Assembly: GCA_013387215.1 (NCBI GenBank)
Contig: WARW01000003.1
Span: 10,227-74,226 of the forward strand
Direction: 5' to 3'
Length of the DNA stretch: 64,000 bases
DNA from: Patescibacteria group bacterium
GTDB taxonomy: Bacteria > Patescibacteriota > Microgenomatia > UBA12405
Shown: in pieces, positions 45,526 to 55,228 of the stretch
Numbering within the stretch: the stretch's first letter is position 1
Layout: every line of letters begins with the position of its first letter
Notes under the pieces: model-generated
The model's database searches: none
The model's input: the letters and a program-made list of their open reading frames with translations, nothing else
What the model was told of the DNA's origin: nothing
Made by a program: the position numbers and the translations under genes

Positions 45526-48213
45526 ATGAGTATTTTAGATAAATTAATTAAAAAACCGGCAGCTGCACCAAGTACTACTCCAAGTACAACCCAAACTGAT
45601 CCCGTTGAAGAGACCAAACCTTTTACTGAAGGATTAGTGTCGACAAAAGATATTATTGCCCCATCTGCCTTAGAAGTTGATTTTAATCATTTAAGAATTG
45701 ATAATAAATATTACCGAACTTTGTTTGTGGCTGGATATCCAAGATTTGTGGGTATTAATTGGTTGTCGTCTTTGATTAACTTTGATGCTTCTTTGAATAT
45801 TGCTATGTATGTTTATCCAACAGACGGCAAGGCAATTTTGGATGATTTGAGGCGAAAAGTAACGGAAATGGAGGCAGAAATCAGCACTGACATTCAAAGA
45901 GGTAGAGTGGTTAATCCAGCAACACAGGCTAAACTTGAAGATGCATTAAATTTGCAAGCAGATTTAGTAAAAGGTGAAGAAAGATTTTTTCAATTTGGAC
46001 TTTATATTACGATTACTTCAGATTCAAAAGAAGAATTAAACAGAATCAATAAAAATTTGGAAGCAGCTTTGGGATCACTTTTAATTGTGAGCAAAAAAGC
46101 TACTTTGCAAATGGAAGAAGGATTTGTGACCACTCTCCCCGCTTGCGACGATAAACTGCAAATTACCCGAAACATGGATACGACTTCACTAGCCACTACT
46201 TTTCCATTTGTGTCTTCTGATTTATCAGATGATAAAGGAATAATGTATGGAATTAATGCCCACAACGGGTCTTTAGTTATCTTCGACCGATTCTCGATGC
46301 AAAACTACAATTCAGTAGTATTTGCAACTGCCGGTGCCGGAAAGTCTTACATGATAAAACTTGAGGCATTAAGATCTTTAATGCTTGGTTCAGAAATAAT
46401 TGTAATTGATCCAGAAAACGAATATAGAGATTTGTGTGAAGCAGTTGGCGGACAATATATTGCCTTTGGATATGGTGAAGTTTCAAAAATTAATCCTTTT
46501 GATTTATCTTTGGTAGAAGAAGATGGTGAAAATGCTTTAAACAGCAAAGTTTTAAGTCTTCATAAACTTTTCAAAGTGATGATTGGAGCTATGGATCCAA
46601 TTGAAGAATCTATCCTAGATAAGGCAATTATGGAAGCTTATAAAGCTAAGGGAGTGACACCAGATCCAGAAACACAAAAGAGAGAACCCCCGTTGATTGA
46701 AGATTTATATAAAGCATTAATCGGGATGGAAGAACAAAAAGCCCAAAGTTTGGCTGCCCGATTTGAAAAATTTATTAAAGGTTCGTTTGCTGGAATATTT
46801 AATCAAAAGACAACAGTTAATTTGACTAATCCGTTTGTGGTTTTTGGAATTAAAAATCTTGAAGATGCTTTAAGACCAGTAGCTATGCAAATTATTTTGG
46901 ATTACATTTGGACAGTAGTTAAAGCAACTTTAAAAAGAAGAATCTTAGTGGTCGATGAAGCTTGGTATTTGATGCAATATGATGATTCAGCAGAGTTTTT
47001 AAGAGGAATAGTAAAAAGAGGCCGAAAATATTATTTAGGAGTAACAACAATTACCCAAGATGTGGATGATTTTTTGAAAACTAGTTATGGAAAGGAAATT
47101 GTGACTAACAGTGCTATCCAAATTCTTTTAAAACAACATAGTGCGGCAATTGATCAAATCGGTGAAGTTTTTTATTTATCGGAAGGAGAAAAACAATTAT
47201 TATTAAGCGCAGATAAAGGTGAAGGAATATTTTTTGCCGGTCAAAATCATGTGGCTATTCGAGTTATCTCTTCCGATGACGAACATCAATTAATTACTTC
47301 CAACCCAGAAGAGGTTTTAAAAATTAAAAAAACCCAAGCACAAGCTCAAGATTTACCCAAGCCTCCAGTGTTTCCTCCAATAAAAGAAAGTCCTGTGGTT
47401 AATGCTCAGCCAATCAATAATCCAACTCCGATAAATAAACCAATAATTGAAACTAAACCGGAAATTCCTATGACTCCTCCAACATTAGTTGTTGAAAAGG
47501 TAGTGGAAATTAAAATGCCAGAAATTAAGACTCAAGAGACAAATAATGTCAATCCAAGCCCGGTAATAAATAATCCGACACCAGTAAGTCCAACTGTTTT
47601 ACAAACTCCAGCAAGCAATTCTGGGAATCGACCAGAAGTGGTAGTTTTAGATTTACAACAAAGAATTAATGAACTTGAGGAAAAAGAAAAAATAGAATTA
47701 AAAGAACATCAAGAAAAAGAAGAACAAATTAAGCAGGCAAACCAAACACCGGTGTTTACAAAAGAAGGTGAATTGCCAAAGTATCAAGATATATTTAAAA
47801 CACCAAATCCAGTTCAAACAAACCAACTTCCTCCTCTGCCAAAATTAGACCAACCAGTAAATAATAATGTGATTTTAAAAACGGAAACAATTGGAAACTC
47901 AACAAATAATTCTCAATCAAATAATTTGGAAAACAAAAAACCAATCTTTTTGAATCAAGTTGAACAAAAAATTCCGCAGCCACCACAACTGGCCAAAAAA
48001 ATTGTGCCAGAATTTGTGGCGCCAACTCAAAAAACTCCAAGCCAATCTCCTACTCCGACAAGTGAAATAAAACTGCCACCAGTAAAAGCAGCTTCGATTA
48101 ATCCAATACAAACTCCGATTGCAAAAGTAGAAACTCCTAGCACTAATACAGACAAACCTAAAGAAGAGAAAAAACTGAATTATGATGATATTTTTGGTGA
48201 CGGGATTGTGTAA
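45526..48213 (+). CDS. virB4: VirB4/TrbE/PrgJ-type T4SS ATPase with a ~290-aa Pro/Gln/Asn-rich C-terminal tail
   Basis: Walker A ATAGAGKSY (46323-46349), Walker B RILVVDEAW and the N-terminal YYRTLFVAGYPRFV pattern. The start is ATG 45526, 1 nt after the upstream stop. Confidence 0.85.
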   Translation: MSILDKLIKKPAAAPSTTPSTTQTDPVEETKPFTEGLVSTKDIIAPSALEVDFNHLRIDNKYYRTLFVAGYPRFVGINWLSSLINFDASLNIAMYVYPTDGKAILDDLRRKVTEMEAEISTDIQRGRVVNPATQAKLEDALNLQADLVKGEERFFQFGLYITITSDSKEELNRINKNLEAALGSLLIVSKKATLQMEEGFVTTLPACDDKLQITRNMDTTSLATTFPFVSSDLSDDKGIMYGINAHNGSLVIFDRFSMQNYNSVVFATAGAGKSYMIKLEALRSLMLGSEIIVIDPENEYRDLCEAVGGQYIAFGYGEVSKINPFDLSLVEEDGENALNSKVLSLHKLFKVMIGAMDPIEESILDKAIMEAYKAKGVTPDPETQKREPPLIEDLYKALIGMEEQKAQSLAARFEKFIKGSFAGIFNQKTTVNLTNPFVVFGIKNLEDALRPVAMQIILDYIWTVVKATLKRRILVVDEAWYLMQYDDSAEFLRGIVKRGRKYYLGVTTITQDVDDFLKTSYGKEIVTNSAIQILLKQHSAAIDQIGEVFYLSEGEKQLLLSADKGEGIFFAGQNHVAIRVISSDDEHQLITSNPEEVLKIKKTQAQAQDLPKPPVFPPIKESPVVNAQPINNPTPINKPIIETKPEIPMTPPTLVVEKVVEIKMPEIKTQETNNVNPSPVINNPTPVSPTVLQTPASNSGNRPEVVVLDLQQRINELEEKEKIELKEHQEKEEQIKQANQTPVFTKEGELPKYQDIFKTPNPVQTNQLPPLPKLDQPVNNNVILKTETIGNSTNNSQSNNLENKKPIFLNQVEQKIPQPPQLAKKIVPEFVAPTQKTPSQSPTPTSEIKLPPVKAASINPIQTPIAKVETPSTNTDKPKEEKKLNYDDIFGDGIV

Positions 48214-48247
48214 GTTTTAGGTCTGAATGATTGATATAATTTGTATA

Positions 48248-48281
48248 AACAGTGCCTTGTTAATATCTAACACTGTTTTTT
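48248..48281 (+). terminator. Rho-independent terminator after the VirB4-like gene
   Basis: AAACAGTG-15 nt-CACTGTTT followed by TTT. The stem is AT-rich and the loop is long, so the call is moderate. Confidence 0.5.
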
Positions 48282-48316
48282 ACGCTTTTGTAAATTTTAT
48301 TTATATCTTGTAATAA

Positions 48317-51300
48317 ATGCCAGATCTAGCGACTGCTCAGAAAAATCCGATTGAGAAAAAAATAGACTACTTAAATGCGAGTGAAATTTCGACTCCTGAA
48401 GAAGCTATTGAGGTATTAAGAGAACTAAGAAATATTGGTGGAAAATTAATTAAAGGAAGTGTTCTTGAAAAAAGTATTGAGAATTATTTAGGCGAACTTG
48501 AGGTTTATGATGTGCCAAGCGTTATTGAAGCATTGAAAGACTTTGAGACAAAGACGGATGATAATTTTGATAAAGCGGCAGTTCCAGTCGCAAAAATTGA
48601 TGAATTAGTAGACGAATATGAAGAATATCTAGAAAAAGGATTTGACAGTGAAGAGGCTGCAGATAAAATTTATAAAGAAAATAAGGGATTAATTTCAAGA
48701 AAAACTATTGATAGTTTTGTTCAAAGACAACGAGAAATTTTTGAAAACAATTTAAAGAAAGTAAATGAAACTAAAAAACCTTTAACTCAGGAAAAATTAA
48801 TCGATTTAAATAAATACCGACAAGAAAGTGAAGCGACAACTCAAAACATAAAGACAGGTTTTAATGAAAAAGATAATAATTCCGAAAATAATGTAATTGA
48901 TTTAGGGAAATATAAGCAAAATACGATTGATGATTTTTATGATTTAAAACCAGACGTAAAAGAAAATAAAAAATATGATTTAAAACCAGAAAATAAAGCG
49001 AAAAAAGTTATTGATTTGGACTCATATATTCAAGGAAAAGAAGAGGTTGAAGATATAACTACTAATACTGATGCAGGAAAATATGAATCAAATAAAAATA
49101 AAGTAGAAGAACAAGTTGAAATAATCAGTAAAGAACAATTTAAATTTGAGAATAAAGTTGAAGAAGAATTATTAAAGTATCAAAAACAAGACATAAAATC
49201 AGACAGCAGTGTTGATGAAAAAGTAAAAGAAGAATTAAAAAAAGTATCAAGAGATATTTCAAAACAAACATTCGAATCTGTAGTTTTAAACGAAAAAGAT
49301 GTGGATATAGAAACAGTTGATAGAGTTGTAGAAAAGATAAGCGATGAATTGCCTTACTCCATAATTAAACCAGAAGAAAAAGAAACATTTAAAGCTAATT
49401 TAAAAGAAGAAATTGAAGTCGTTACCGCTAATATTGCCGTTGAAGCAAAAACTGAGGAAATTAGCCAGAAAATAATTTTAGAATTAAAGAAAGACGAAAG
49501 AACCGAGGAATTAATTAAGAGAAACAGCGACGTTGTTGAAAATAAAATCGAGACAGCAGTTAAGAATGTAATTTTAGGCGAAGAGGTTGTTACTAAAACA
49601 GAGCAAATAAATGACTTAAATTCCGAAATTATTAGGATTCTAAAAGAAGAAGATGTGAGCGACTTTAAACACGAAGCTCCAGTAAATAAAACCGCCATAA
49701 AAACAATCGATTTAGAATTAAATAAATGGGTAGAAACAAATAGAGAAACGGTTCAAGATTTTAGAGGCGATCATCTTGAAAAAATAATTGATCTTCAAAT
49801 CCAAAAAGAAAATCCATATTTAAGCGAAGAACAAAAAGTCCAAGTCCAAAAATATAAACAATTAATCAGAGAAATATATTATTCCGACAGCACACTTGAA
49901 AAATATAAAAATGATGCCGTAAATAATGCCTCTAAAACTAATAGTCCAGGACAAATAAATCAAGCTTGGACCGATTTAAAAGGAATAACAAATTTACTTA
50001 AAAAAAAGCCTGGGGATGTTAAAGATATTTTTAAAAGATATGATGACATTAAAAAGGGACTTGGCAATATTAATTTACCTTTTGATATTAAAGAATGCCG
50101 ATCTTTTGAGAATATTGCAAATGTTTTAACTAATCCCCAAATTAACGTTTTATTTGGAAAAGCGCAAAAATACATTACTTATCTAGAAAAATTAGATAGC
50201 TTTTCAGGAGGACTTTTGGGAAAAGCCGGAATGAAGGGGGCTAATTATATTATAGAGAGAATTGGCAACCAGGCAGTAAAGGCTTTTGCAGAAAATTCAT
50301 TAAAAATAATTGCAGAAAAAGGTTTACAGGAAGGTTTTGGAATTGTATTGAGAGGAATTTTAAGTGGTGGTGTGCAAGCTGGTGCTAGCGCAGCCGCCAG
50401 CGGAGCTGCAGTAGCAGGTGGAGCAGCGGCAACAGGAGTAGCAGTAGTCGGAGGGGCGGCTTTATCAGCAACAGGAGTTGGAGCAATTGTAGTAGCGGCA
50501 GCGACAGTTTTAGGAGTAGTAAAAAAAGTTGTTAATAAAATAAAAGATGGGATTTTAAAATCTTTAGGGATTGAGTCTGGTTTATTTGGAGCTAAACAGT
50601 TTTTTCAGGATAATTTTGGTAAAGGTTTAGGTGGAATATTAGGTAAAGGAGTAGAGTTAGTAGAATTATTAGTAGTAGGAACCATTGCTTTGGTTGCAGC
50701 TGTTTCAGCAGCAGCAGTCGGCCCAATAATAATTGCCTTTTTTGTGGGATTATTTGGATATCAAATGCTTCAAGGACACACTGTTTCCAGTTTAGTTCCA
50801 CCAACCACACTCCAAGACAGCACAGATATAAATGAGGAAGGCGGACAAGTTTTTGATCCAGGCAGTGTTCATAGTTTAAATTTAAGTTTTAATGTGCCAG
50901 TGGTAGGCGCTGAGTTTACTCGAGCGGATTTAGTGAATGTGGCCCAATCATTATTGGGATTACCTTATTTTTGGGGCGGAAAATATCCTCATAAAGGAGC
51001 AAACCCTAGCTGGGGGCAATTAAAAACAGTAACTGCTGATAAGAGTTGGTCAACCGGACTCCAAATTCCATCAGGATTAGATTGTTCTGGATTCGTTGAT
51101 TGGGCTTATTTTCAATTAACAGGCAGACAAATTTCAAACGGCGGCGGATCGGCAGATATCTGCAATTTAGCGGCACCAGTGGCTAGAGCAAGCTTAAAAG
51201 CTGGAGATGTGGGTTGTATGGATGGCCATGTAGCATTGTGTATTGGAACTGATCCGACAGATGGAGAGCCATTATTTATCCAAGCTGTTGGTCAAAGATA

Positions 51301-51430
51301 TAGAGATAATTCAAAAGGGTTGGTGGCTGGTCAAGTTTTGATATTAAAAGAAGGGATAGAATATAATGGTTATGTAGGACCTACTTTTACTAGTTACGGA
51401 CGACCAAATGTTACTTTTAAGGATAATTGA
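48317..51430 (+). CDS. Large T4SS protein: acidic repeat-containing N-terminal region, Gly/Ala-rich polytopic segment and C-terminal NlpC/P60 peptidoglycan hydrolase
   Basis: 1037 aa with TM-rich aa ~660-800 (GGVQAGASAAASGAAVAGGAAATGVAVVGG...). NlpC/P60 motifs are GLPYFWGGKYP, GLDCSGFVDWAY (Cys codon 51084-51086) and GHVALCIG. Confidence 0.75.
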   Translation: MPDLATAQKNPIEKKIDYLNASEISTPEEAIEVLRELRNIGGKLIKGSVLEKSIENYLGELEVYDVPSVIEALKDFETKTDDNFDKAAVPVAKIDELVDEYEEYLEKGFDSEEAADKIYKENKGLISRKTIDSFVQRQREIFENNLKKVNETKKPLTQEKLIDLNKYRQESEATTQNIKTGFNEKDNNSENNVIDLGKYKQNTIDDFYDLKPDVKENKKYDLKPENKAKKVIDLDSYIQGKEEVEDITTNTDAGKYESNKNKVEEQVEIISKEQFKFENKVEEELLKYQKQDIKSDSSVDEKVKEELKKVSRDISKQTFESVVLNEKDVDIETVDRVVEKISDELPYSIIKPEEKETFKANLKEEIEVVTANIAVEAKTEEISQKIILELKKDERTEELIKRNSDVVENKIETAVKNVILGEEVVTKTEQINDLNSEIIRILKEEDVSDFKHEAPVNKTAIKTIDLELNKWVETNRETVQDFRGDHLEKIIDLQIQKENPYLSEEQKVQVQKYKQLIREIYYSDSTLEKYKNDAVNNASKTNSPGQINQAWTDLKGITNLLKKKPGDVKDIFKRYDDIKKGLGNINLPFDIKECRSFENIANVLTNPQINVLFGKAQKYITYLEKLDSFSGGLLGKAGMKGANYIIERIGNQAVKAFAENSLKIIAEKGLQEGFGIVLRGILSGGVQAGASAAASGAAVAGGAAATGVAVVGGAALSATGVGAIVVAAATVLGVVKKVVNKIKDGILKSLGIESGLFGAKQFFQDNFGKGLGGILGKGVELVELLVVGTIALVAAVSAAAVGPIIIAFFVGLFGYQMLQGHTVSSLVPPTTLQDSTDINEEGGQVFDPGSVHSLNLSFNVPVVGAEFTRADLVNVAQSLLGLPYFWGGKYPHKGANPSWGQLKTVTADKSWSTGLQIPSGLDCSGFVDWAYFQLTGRQISNGGGSADICNLAAPVARASLKAGDVGCMDGHVALCIGTDPTDGEPLFIQAVGQRYRDNSKGLVAGQVLILKEGIEYNGYVGPTFTSYGRPNVTFKDN

Positions 51431-51869
51431 TCAAATAATTGAATTTGTTAAAAAGCATAAAATAATTTCTGGAATTTTGGGAGTTTTACTATTTTTTTTA
51501 TTACTCCAATTAAACAACCCTAAAACCCAAACAAAAACCAAAACTGAAAATCAAAATAAAATTGATCAAAATAATAGTTCAGAAACAGTTAATTTAAAAG
51601 ACCACCTTCTCCCCACTTTATCAACTGCAAAAACAACCCCTGAGCCATTTGATATTACCAACAGTGATCCCCAATATCCTTTAGAACAATTTTTGCCATA
51701 TGAAGGTAAAGGATTTACGGTGGAAAAATATTTAGCGCCATTAGTATTGGAAGTGAAGGTAAAAAATAAAGCTGATATTTCAAATATTGAACCGTTATTA
51801 AAAGCATGGTTAAAAGATAAAGAGCTAATTAAGGGCGAAAATAAAATCACTTGGAAATACGGTGAATAG
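51408..51869 (+). CDS. Membrane-anchored hypothetical protein
   Basis: 153 aa with an N-terminal TM helix (ISGILGVLLFFLLLQL). It overlaps the upstream gene by 23 nt. Confidence 0.45.
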   Translation: MLLLRIIDQIIEFVKKHKIISGILGVLLFFLLLQLNNPKTQTKTKTENQNKIDQNNSSETVNLKDHLLPTLSTAKTTPEPFDITNSDPQYPLEQFLPYEGKGFTVEKYLAPLVLEVKVKNKADISNIEPLLKAWLKDKELIKGENKITWKYGE

Positions 51870-51897
51870 TTTTTGGGAAATATAATATAATTTTAAT

Positions 51898-52326
51898 ATG
51901 AATCTTTTTCAGTTCGTAAAGAAATATCAATTGATTTTAATTTTAAGTTTTATAGCAATAAGTTTGTTTATAATTAAATCGGTTTACGGATATAAAGATT
52001 CTGGAGTGAAACCAGAAATTTCTATCTCGCCTACTCCATCGGCTTCAGCTGAAATTTCACCAACAAATATCCCAACAATTCCTGTTTCCAGCTCAAGTTC
52101 TAAATTAAAAACTTCTATTATTAAAGAAGTATCAAAAAGTGCAACAAATAAGTTAAAATTACCCTACTCTTCAAAAAATTTTATTGTTCAAGAATTTGAT
52201 TCGGTTAATACTTTTAAAGTAAAACTATTGAATCCTGATAAGGCAGTTGTTATACAGGAAATAATAAAATGGCTGGAGAAGAATGGATTAAATCCAGTAG
52301 ATTACCAAGTAGTTTTTGTTAATTAA
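51898..52326 (+). CDS. Membrane-anchored hypothetical protein with a Ser/Pro/Thr linker
   Basis: 142 aa with an N-terminal TM helix and a layout similar to the preceding gene. Confidence 0.45.
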   Translation: MNLFQFVKKYQLILILSFIAISLFIIKSVYGYKDSGVKPEISISPTPSASAEISPTNIPTIPVSSSSSKLKTSIIKEVSKSATNKLKLPYSSKNFIVQEFDSVNTFKVKLLNPDKAVVIQEIIKWLEKNGLNPVDYQVVFVN

Positions 52327-53441
52327 TCTTGCAAACGGACAGGCATGATGATGTGGGTGAATTGAGGATCAGATTGGTCATGAAAACAGCCAGGAGTTAA
52401 TGGTTCATTTAATTCAATTAAAATTTCTTGGCTTTTACAAACATTTAGGAAATCAGATAAGAATTTATAATTAAAAGCAATTTCTAAAGTTTCCCCTTCT
52501 ATCTTAGATTCAATTGAAGCTTTGTTTTGACCAACTTGAGGAGCATTGGCGGTAATATCGATGGAATTAGTTTTAATATTTAATTTAATAACATTAGCTG
52601 ATTCTTTAGCAAAAACTGAAGCAATTTTGACTGCTTGAGTAAATTCATCTTTATTTAAAAATAATTTAGTAGTGAAAGATTCAGGAATAATTCTTTTATA
52701 TTCCGGATAATCCCCTTCAATAAGACGGGAAACCAACTCTACGTCGTCTAGAACGAATACAACTTGGTGACCATCAGGTGTTAGCCCTATTTTTATTTTC
52801 TTGGCGTTTTTAGCAAGTTTAGTGACTTCGATTAAACTTTTTGCCGGAATTAAGAAAGTAATTTGGTCAGAATTTAAATTTATTGGATTGACGAGTTTAA
52901 TACTTTTAAAAGAAAGTCTAAAACCATCGGTGGCAGCTAAGGTTAAATTATCTTCAGAAAATTGACAAAGAATAGCAGTTAAAGCTGGTCGAGTGTCATC
53001 GGTGGCAGCGGCAAAGGCTAGTTGGGTAATAGCTTGATTTAAAATAGACAAATCGATTTCAAAGGAAGTGTTTGGATCGATACTTGGAAATTCAGGAAAA
53101 TCAGCAGCACTAACAGTGGTAAAACTTGATTCAGATTTAGCAGAAGAAAGAGTAAGTAAATTATTCTCATTTAAAGTGAGGTCGACTTTACCTGAGGAGA
53201 GATAAGAAACAAATTCTGTAATCTCTTTGGCTGGGATAGTTATACTTCCCTCTTCTTCAATTTTGGCACCAATCCAATAATTAATACTCAACTCTAAATT
53301 AGTAGCTGAGAGTTTAAGACGACCATTATCAGTAGATAAGAGAATGTTATTAAGAATAGGTAGTTGTGACTTAGAAGAAACGAACCGAGACACATTACTT
53401 AGGGCAGTTGTAAGATTCTCTTGTAGAAGGGAAAGCTTCAT
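52323..53441 (-). CDS. dnaN: DNA polymerase III beta sliding clamp
   Basis: 372 aa, three-domain clamp pattern (MKLSLLQENL..., ILNNILL, ATDGFRLS), located downstream of dnaA. Confidence 0.9.
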   Translation of the reverse strand: MKLSLLQENLTTALSNVSRFVSSKSQLPILNNILLSTDNGRLKLSATNLELSINYWIGAKIEEEGSITIPAKEITEFVSYLSSGKVDLTLNENNLLTLSSAKSESSFTTVSAADFPEFPSIDPNTSFEIDLSILNQAITQLAFAAATDDTRPALTAILCQFSEDNLTLAATDGFRLSFKSIKLVNPINLNSDQITFLIPAKSLIEVTKLAKNAKKIKIGLTPDGHQVVFVLDDVELVSRLIEGDYPEYKRIIPESFTTKLFLNKDEFTQAVKIASVFAKESANVIKLNIKTNSIDITANAPQVGQNKASIESKIEGETLEIAFNYKFLSDFLNVCKSQEILIELNEPLTPGCFHDQSDPQFTHIIMPVRLQD

Positions 53442-53755
53442 TGGCTTTATGTTATCAACAAATTAACAAAGTTTAAAGCTCTTAATAAAATTAAATATTT
53501 ATATCAAGAATAGTAGTAGGTATTAGTAGGGAGAGTGAATAAGTGGAGTATTTTTTAATTTGACCGAAAATTTGGCAATTTTTAAATAAAATAGTGGTGG
53601 AAAGTATTAAAATGGTTGTAGTAGTGGTGAAAAAAGATGTTTTTATCTTATAAGGTAAACTTGAGTTTGGGTAAGTTTCGGGGGAAAAGACAAAATTAAA
53701 ATGTGGATAAGTTTGTGGATAAGTGGAATCCAAGTGTGGAAAACTTCAGACAGGG
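53442..53755. other. oriC: Candidate oriC segment (dnaA-dnaN spacer) with a DnaA-box cluster and an AT-rich stretch
   Basis: Two perfect boxes and one near-perfect box at 53702-53743, TTATCAACA at 53452-53460 and an AT-rich tract at about 53461-53515. Confidence 0.7.
53702..53743. promoter_or_regulatory. DnaA boxes: TGTGGATAA (53702-53710), TGTGGATAA (53714-53722), TGTGGAAAA (53735-53743)
   Basis: The first two are the exact reverse complement of the consensus TTATCCACA. All three have the same orientation. Confidence 0.8.
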
Positions 53756-55117
53756 TTAGAAAGCACTTTTAATTTGGTTGATAAGTTGTCTGAGTTGTGG
53801 ATTAGTGGAAAAATCAGTGCTGACTTTGTCACGGGCGTGCATAATACTGGTATGGTCGCGGCCACCAAGCAAATGCCCTACTTCTTCAAGGGGTAAATTT
53901 ATTTCTGTTAATAAAAGATAAGCAGTGATATGGCGGGCGGAAACTAATTCTTTTTTACGGCTTTTTCCGCAAAGATCACTAGTTTTTATATTAAAATGTT
54001 TAGCACAGATAGAAATTATATGGCGAGGAGAAACCTTTTCAGAGCTGACAGAAAAAATCGAACTAGAATTAGGATTAGTTTGAGGGTGTAAATAATTTTC
54101 AATAAAATCCACATCAATCATACTGACTCGTTGGGCCATGGATTGAACAACAACCTCTTGGAGTTTACCTTCAATTTCACGAATATTTGCAGGGATATTA
54201 TTAGCAAGAACTTGAACGGCTTCAGGAGTTATTTGAACGCCTTTTTCTTCGACTTTTTGATTAATAATAGCGACCCGCATTTCATAGTCAGGAAGCTGAA
54301 TATCGACGGTTAATCCCCCCATAAACCGGGAAACTAAACGATCTTCAAGGCGATCGATTTCACTAGGCTTGCGGTCGGAAGTTAAAATTACCTGTTTTCC
54401 GGCCATATGAAGAGCATTGAAAGTGTGGAAAAATTCTTCTTGAATATATTCTTTGCCAGCAATAAATTGAATATCATCAACTAAAATACAATCAAGTTTT
54501 CGATATTTATCTTTAAACTGATTCATGTTTTTAGATTTGAGAGCGCTTATCAGTTCATTACTAAAGGTTTCGGCGGGAAAATACTTAATTTTCATGTCAG
54601 GAGAATGCTTTAGAAGTTCATGGCCAATAGCCTGCATTAAATGGGTTTTACCAACACCGACTCCACCCCAAATAAAGAATGGGTTGTAAGAAAGACCAGG
54701 ATTTTTAACAATACCTTGAGCGGCAGCATAGGCAAAATTATTACTATTGCCGACAATTAAGGTTTCAAAAGTATATTTAGGATGAAGACAAGAGAAATCG
54801 ATAGTGTTTTTTTGAGGAGAAAAGGAGAAAAGCGGGGCGGAAGTGCTGTCTACTATAGAATCCCCTTTTGGGGCTTCCTGGATAATAAAATTTAAAACAT
54901 TACTGGATTTAGTTTGGTTATCAAGGGCACTTTTAAAAAGATCGTAATAGCGTTTATGATTAATATCAACTAAATAAGAATTAGGACAAGCAATAATAGC
55001 AATATTATTTTCAATACTGATTAATTGAGTTTTGGCAACAAAAGTTTGGAAGACAGCGGGAGCTAGAACTATTTTAAGTTCCTCTTGTGTGTTTTTCCAA
55101 ATTCTTATCAAATCCAT
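53756..55117 (-). CDS. dnaA: Chromosomal replication initiator DnaA
   Basis: Walker A GGVGVGKTHLMQAIG, Walker B ILVDDIQF and the C-terminal DNA-binding domain (ARHITAYLL, DHTSIMHA). Confidence 0.95.
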   Translation of the reverse strand: MDLIRIWKNTQEELKIVLAPAVFQTFVAKTQLISIENNIAIIACPNSYLVDINHKRYYDLFKSALDNQTKSSNVLNFIIQEAPKGDSIVDSTSAPLFSFSPQKNTIDFSCLHPKYTFETLIVGNSNNFAYAAAQGIVKNPGLSYNPFFIWGGVGVGKTHLMQAIGHELLKHSPDMKIKYFPAETFSNELISALKSKNMNQFKDKYRKLDCILVDDIQFIAGKEYIQEEFFHTFNALHMAGKQVILTSDRKPSEIDRLEDRLVSRFMGGLTVDIQLPDYEMRVAIINQKVEEKGVQITPEAVQVLANNIPANIREIEGKLQEVVVQSMAQRVSMIDVDFIENYLHPQTNPNSSSIFSVSSEKVSPRHIISICAKHFNIKTSDLCGKSRKKELVSARHITAYLLLTEINLPLEEVGHLLGGRDHTSIMHARDKVSTDFSTNPQLRQLINQIKSAF

Positions 55118-55196
55118 AATTATTTTTGTTTTATAAAGGCATTAATATGCCTATTTTTAGGCAGGAAATAAATTAACTTCGGGGCAGAGATTTAAG

Positions 55197-55228
55197 TTAT
55201 CCACATTATAATAAAGTAGTTTTCCACA
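55197..55228. promoter_or_regulatory. DnaA boxes upstream of dnaA: TTATCCACA (55197-55205) and TTTTCCACA (55220-55228)
   Basis: One perfect consensus box and one single-mismatch box in the dnaA/rpmH divergent spacer. Confidence 0.75.

Noticed and set aside
53491-53733. 80-aa minus-strand ORF in the dnaA-dnaN spacer
   Set aside because: Its translation is low-complexity (TTTTILILSTTILF...). It has no RBS, and it overlaps the AT-rich tract and runs into the DnaA-box cluster. It is better explained as non-coding oriC DNA.
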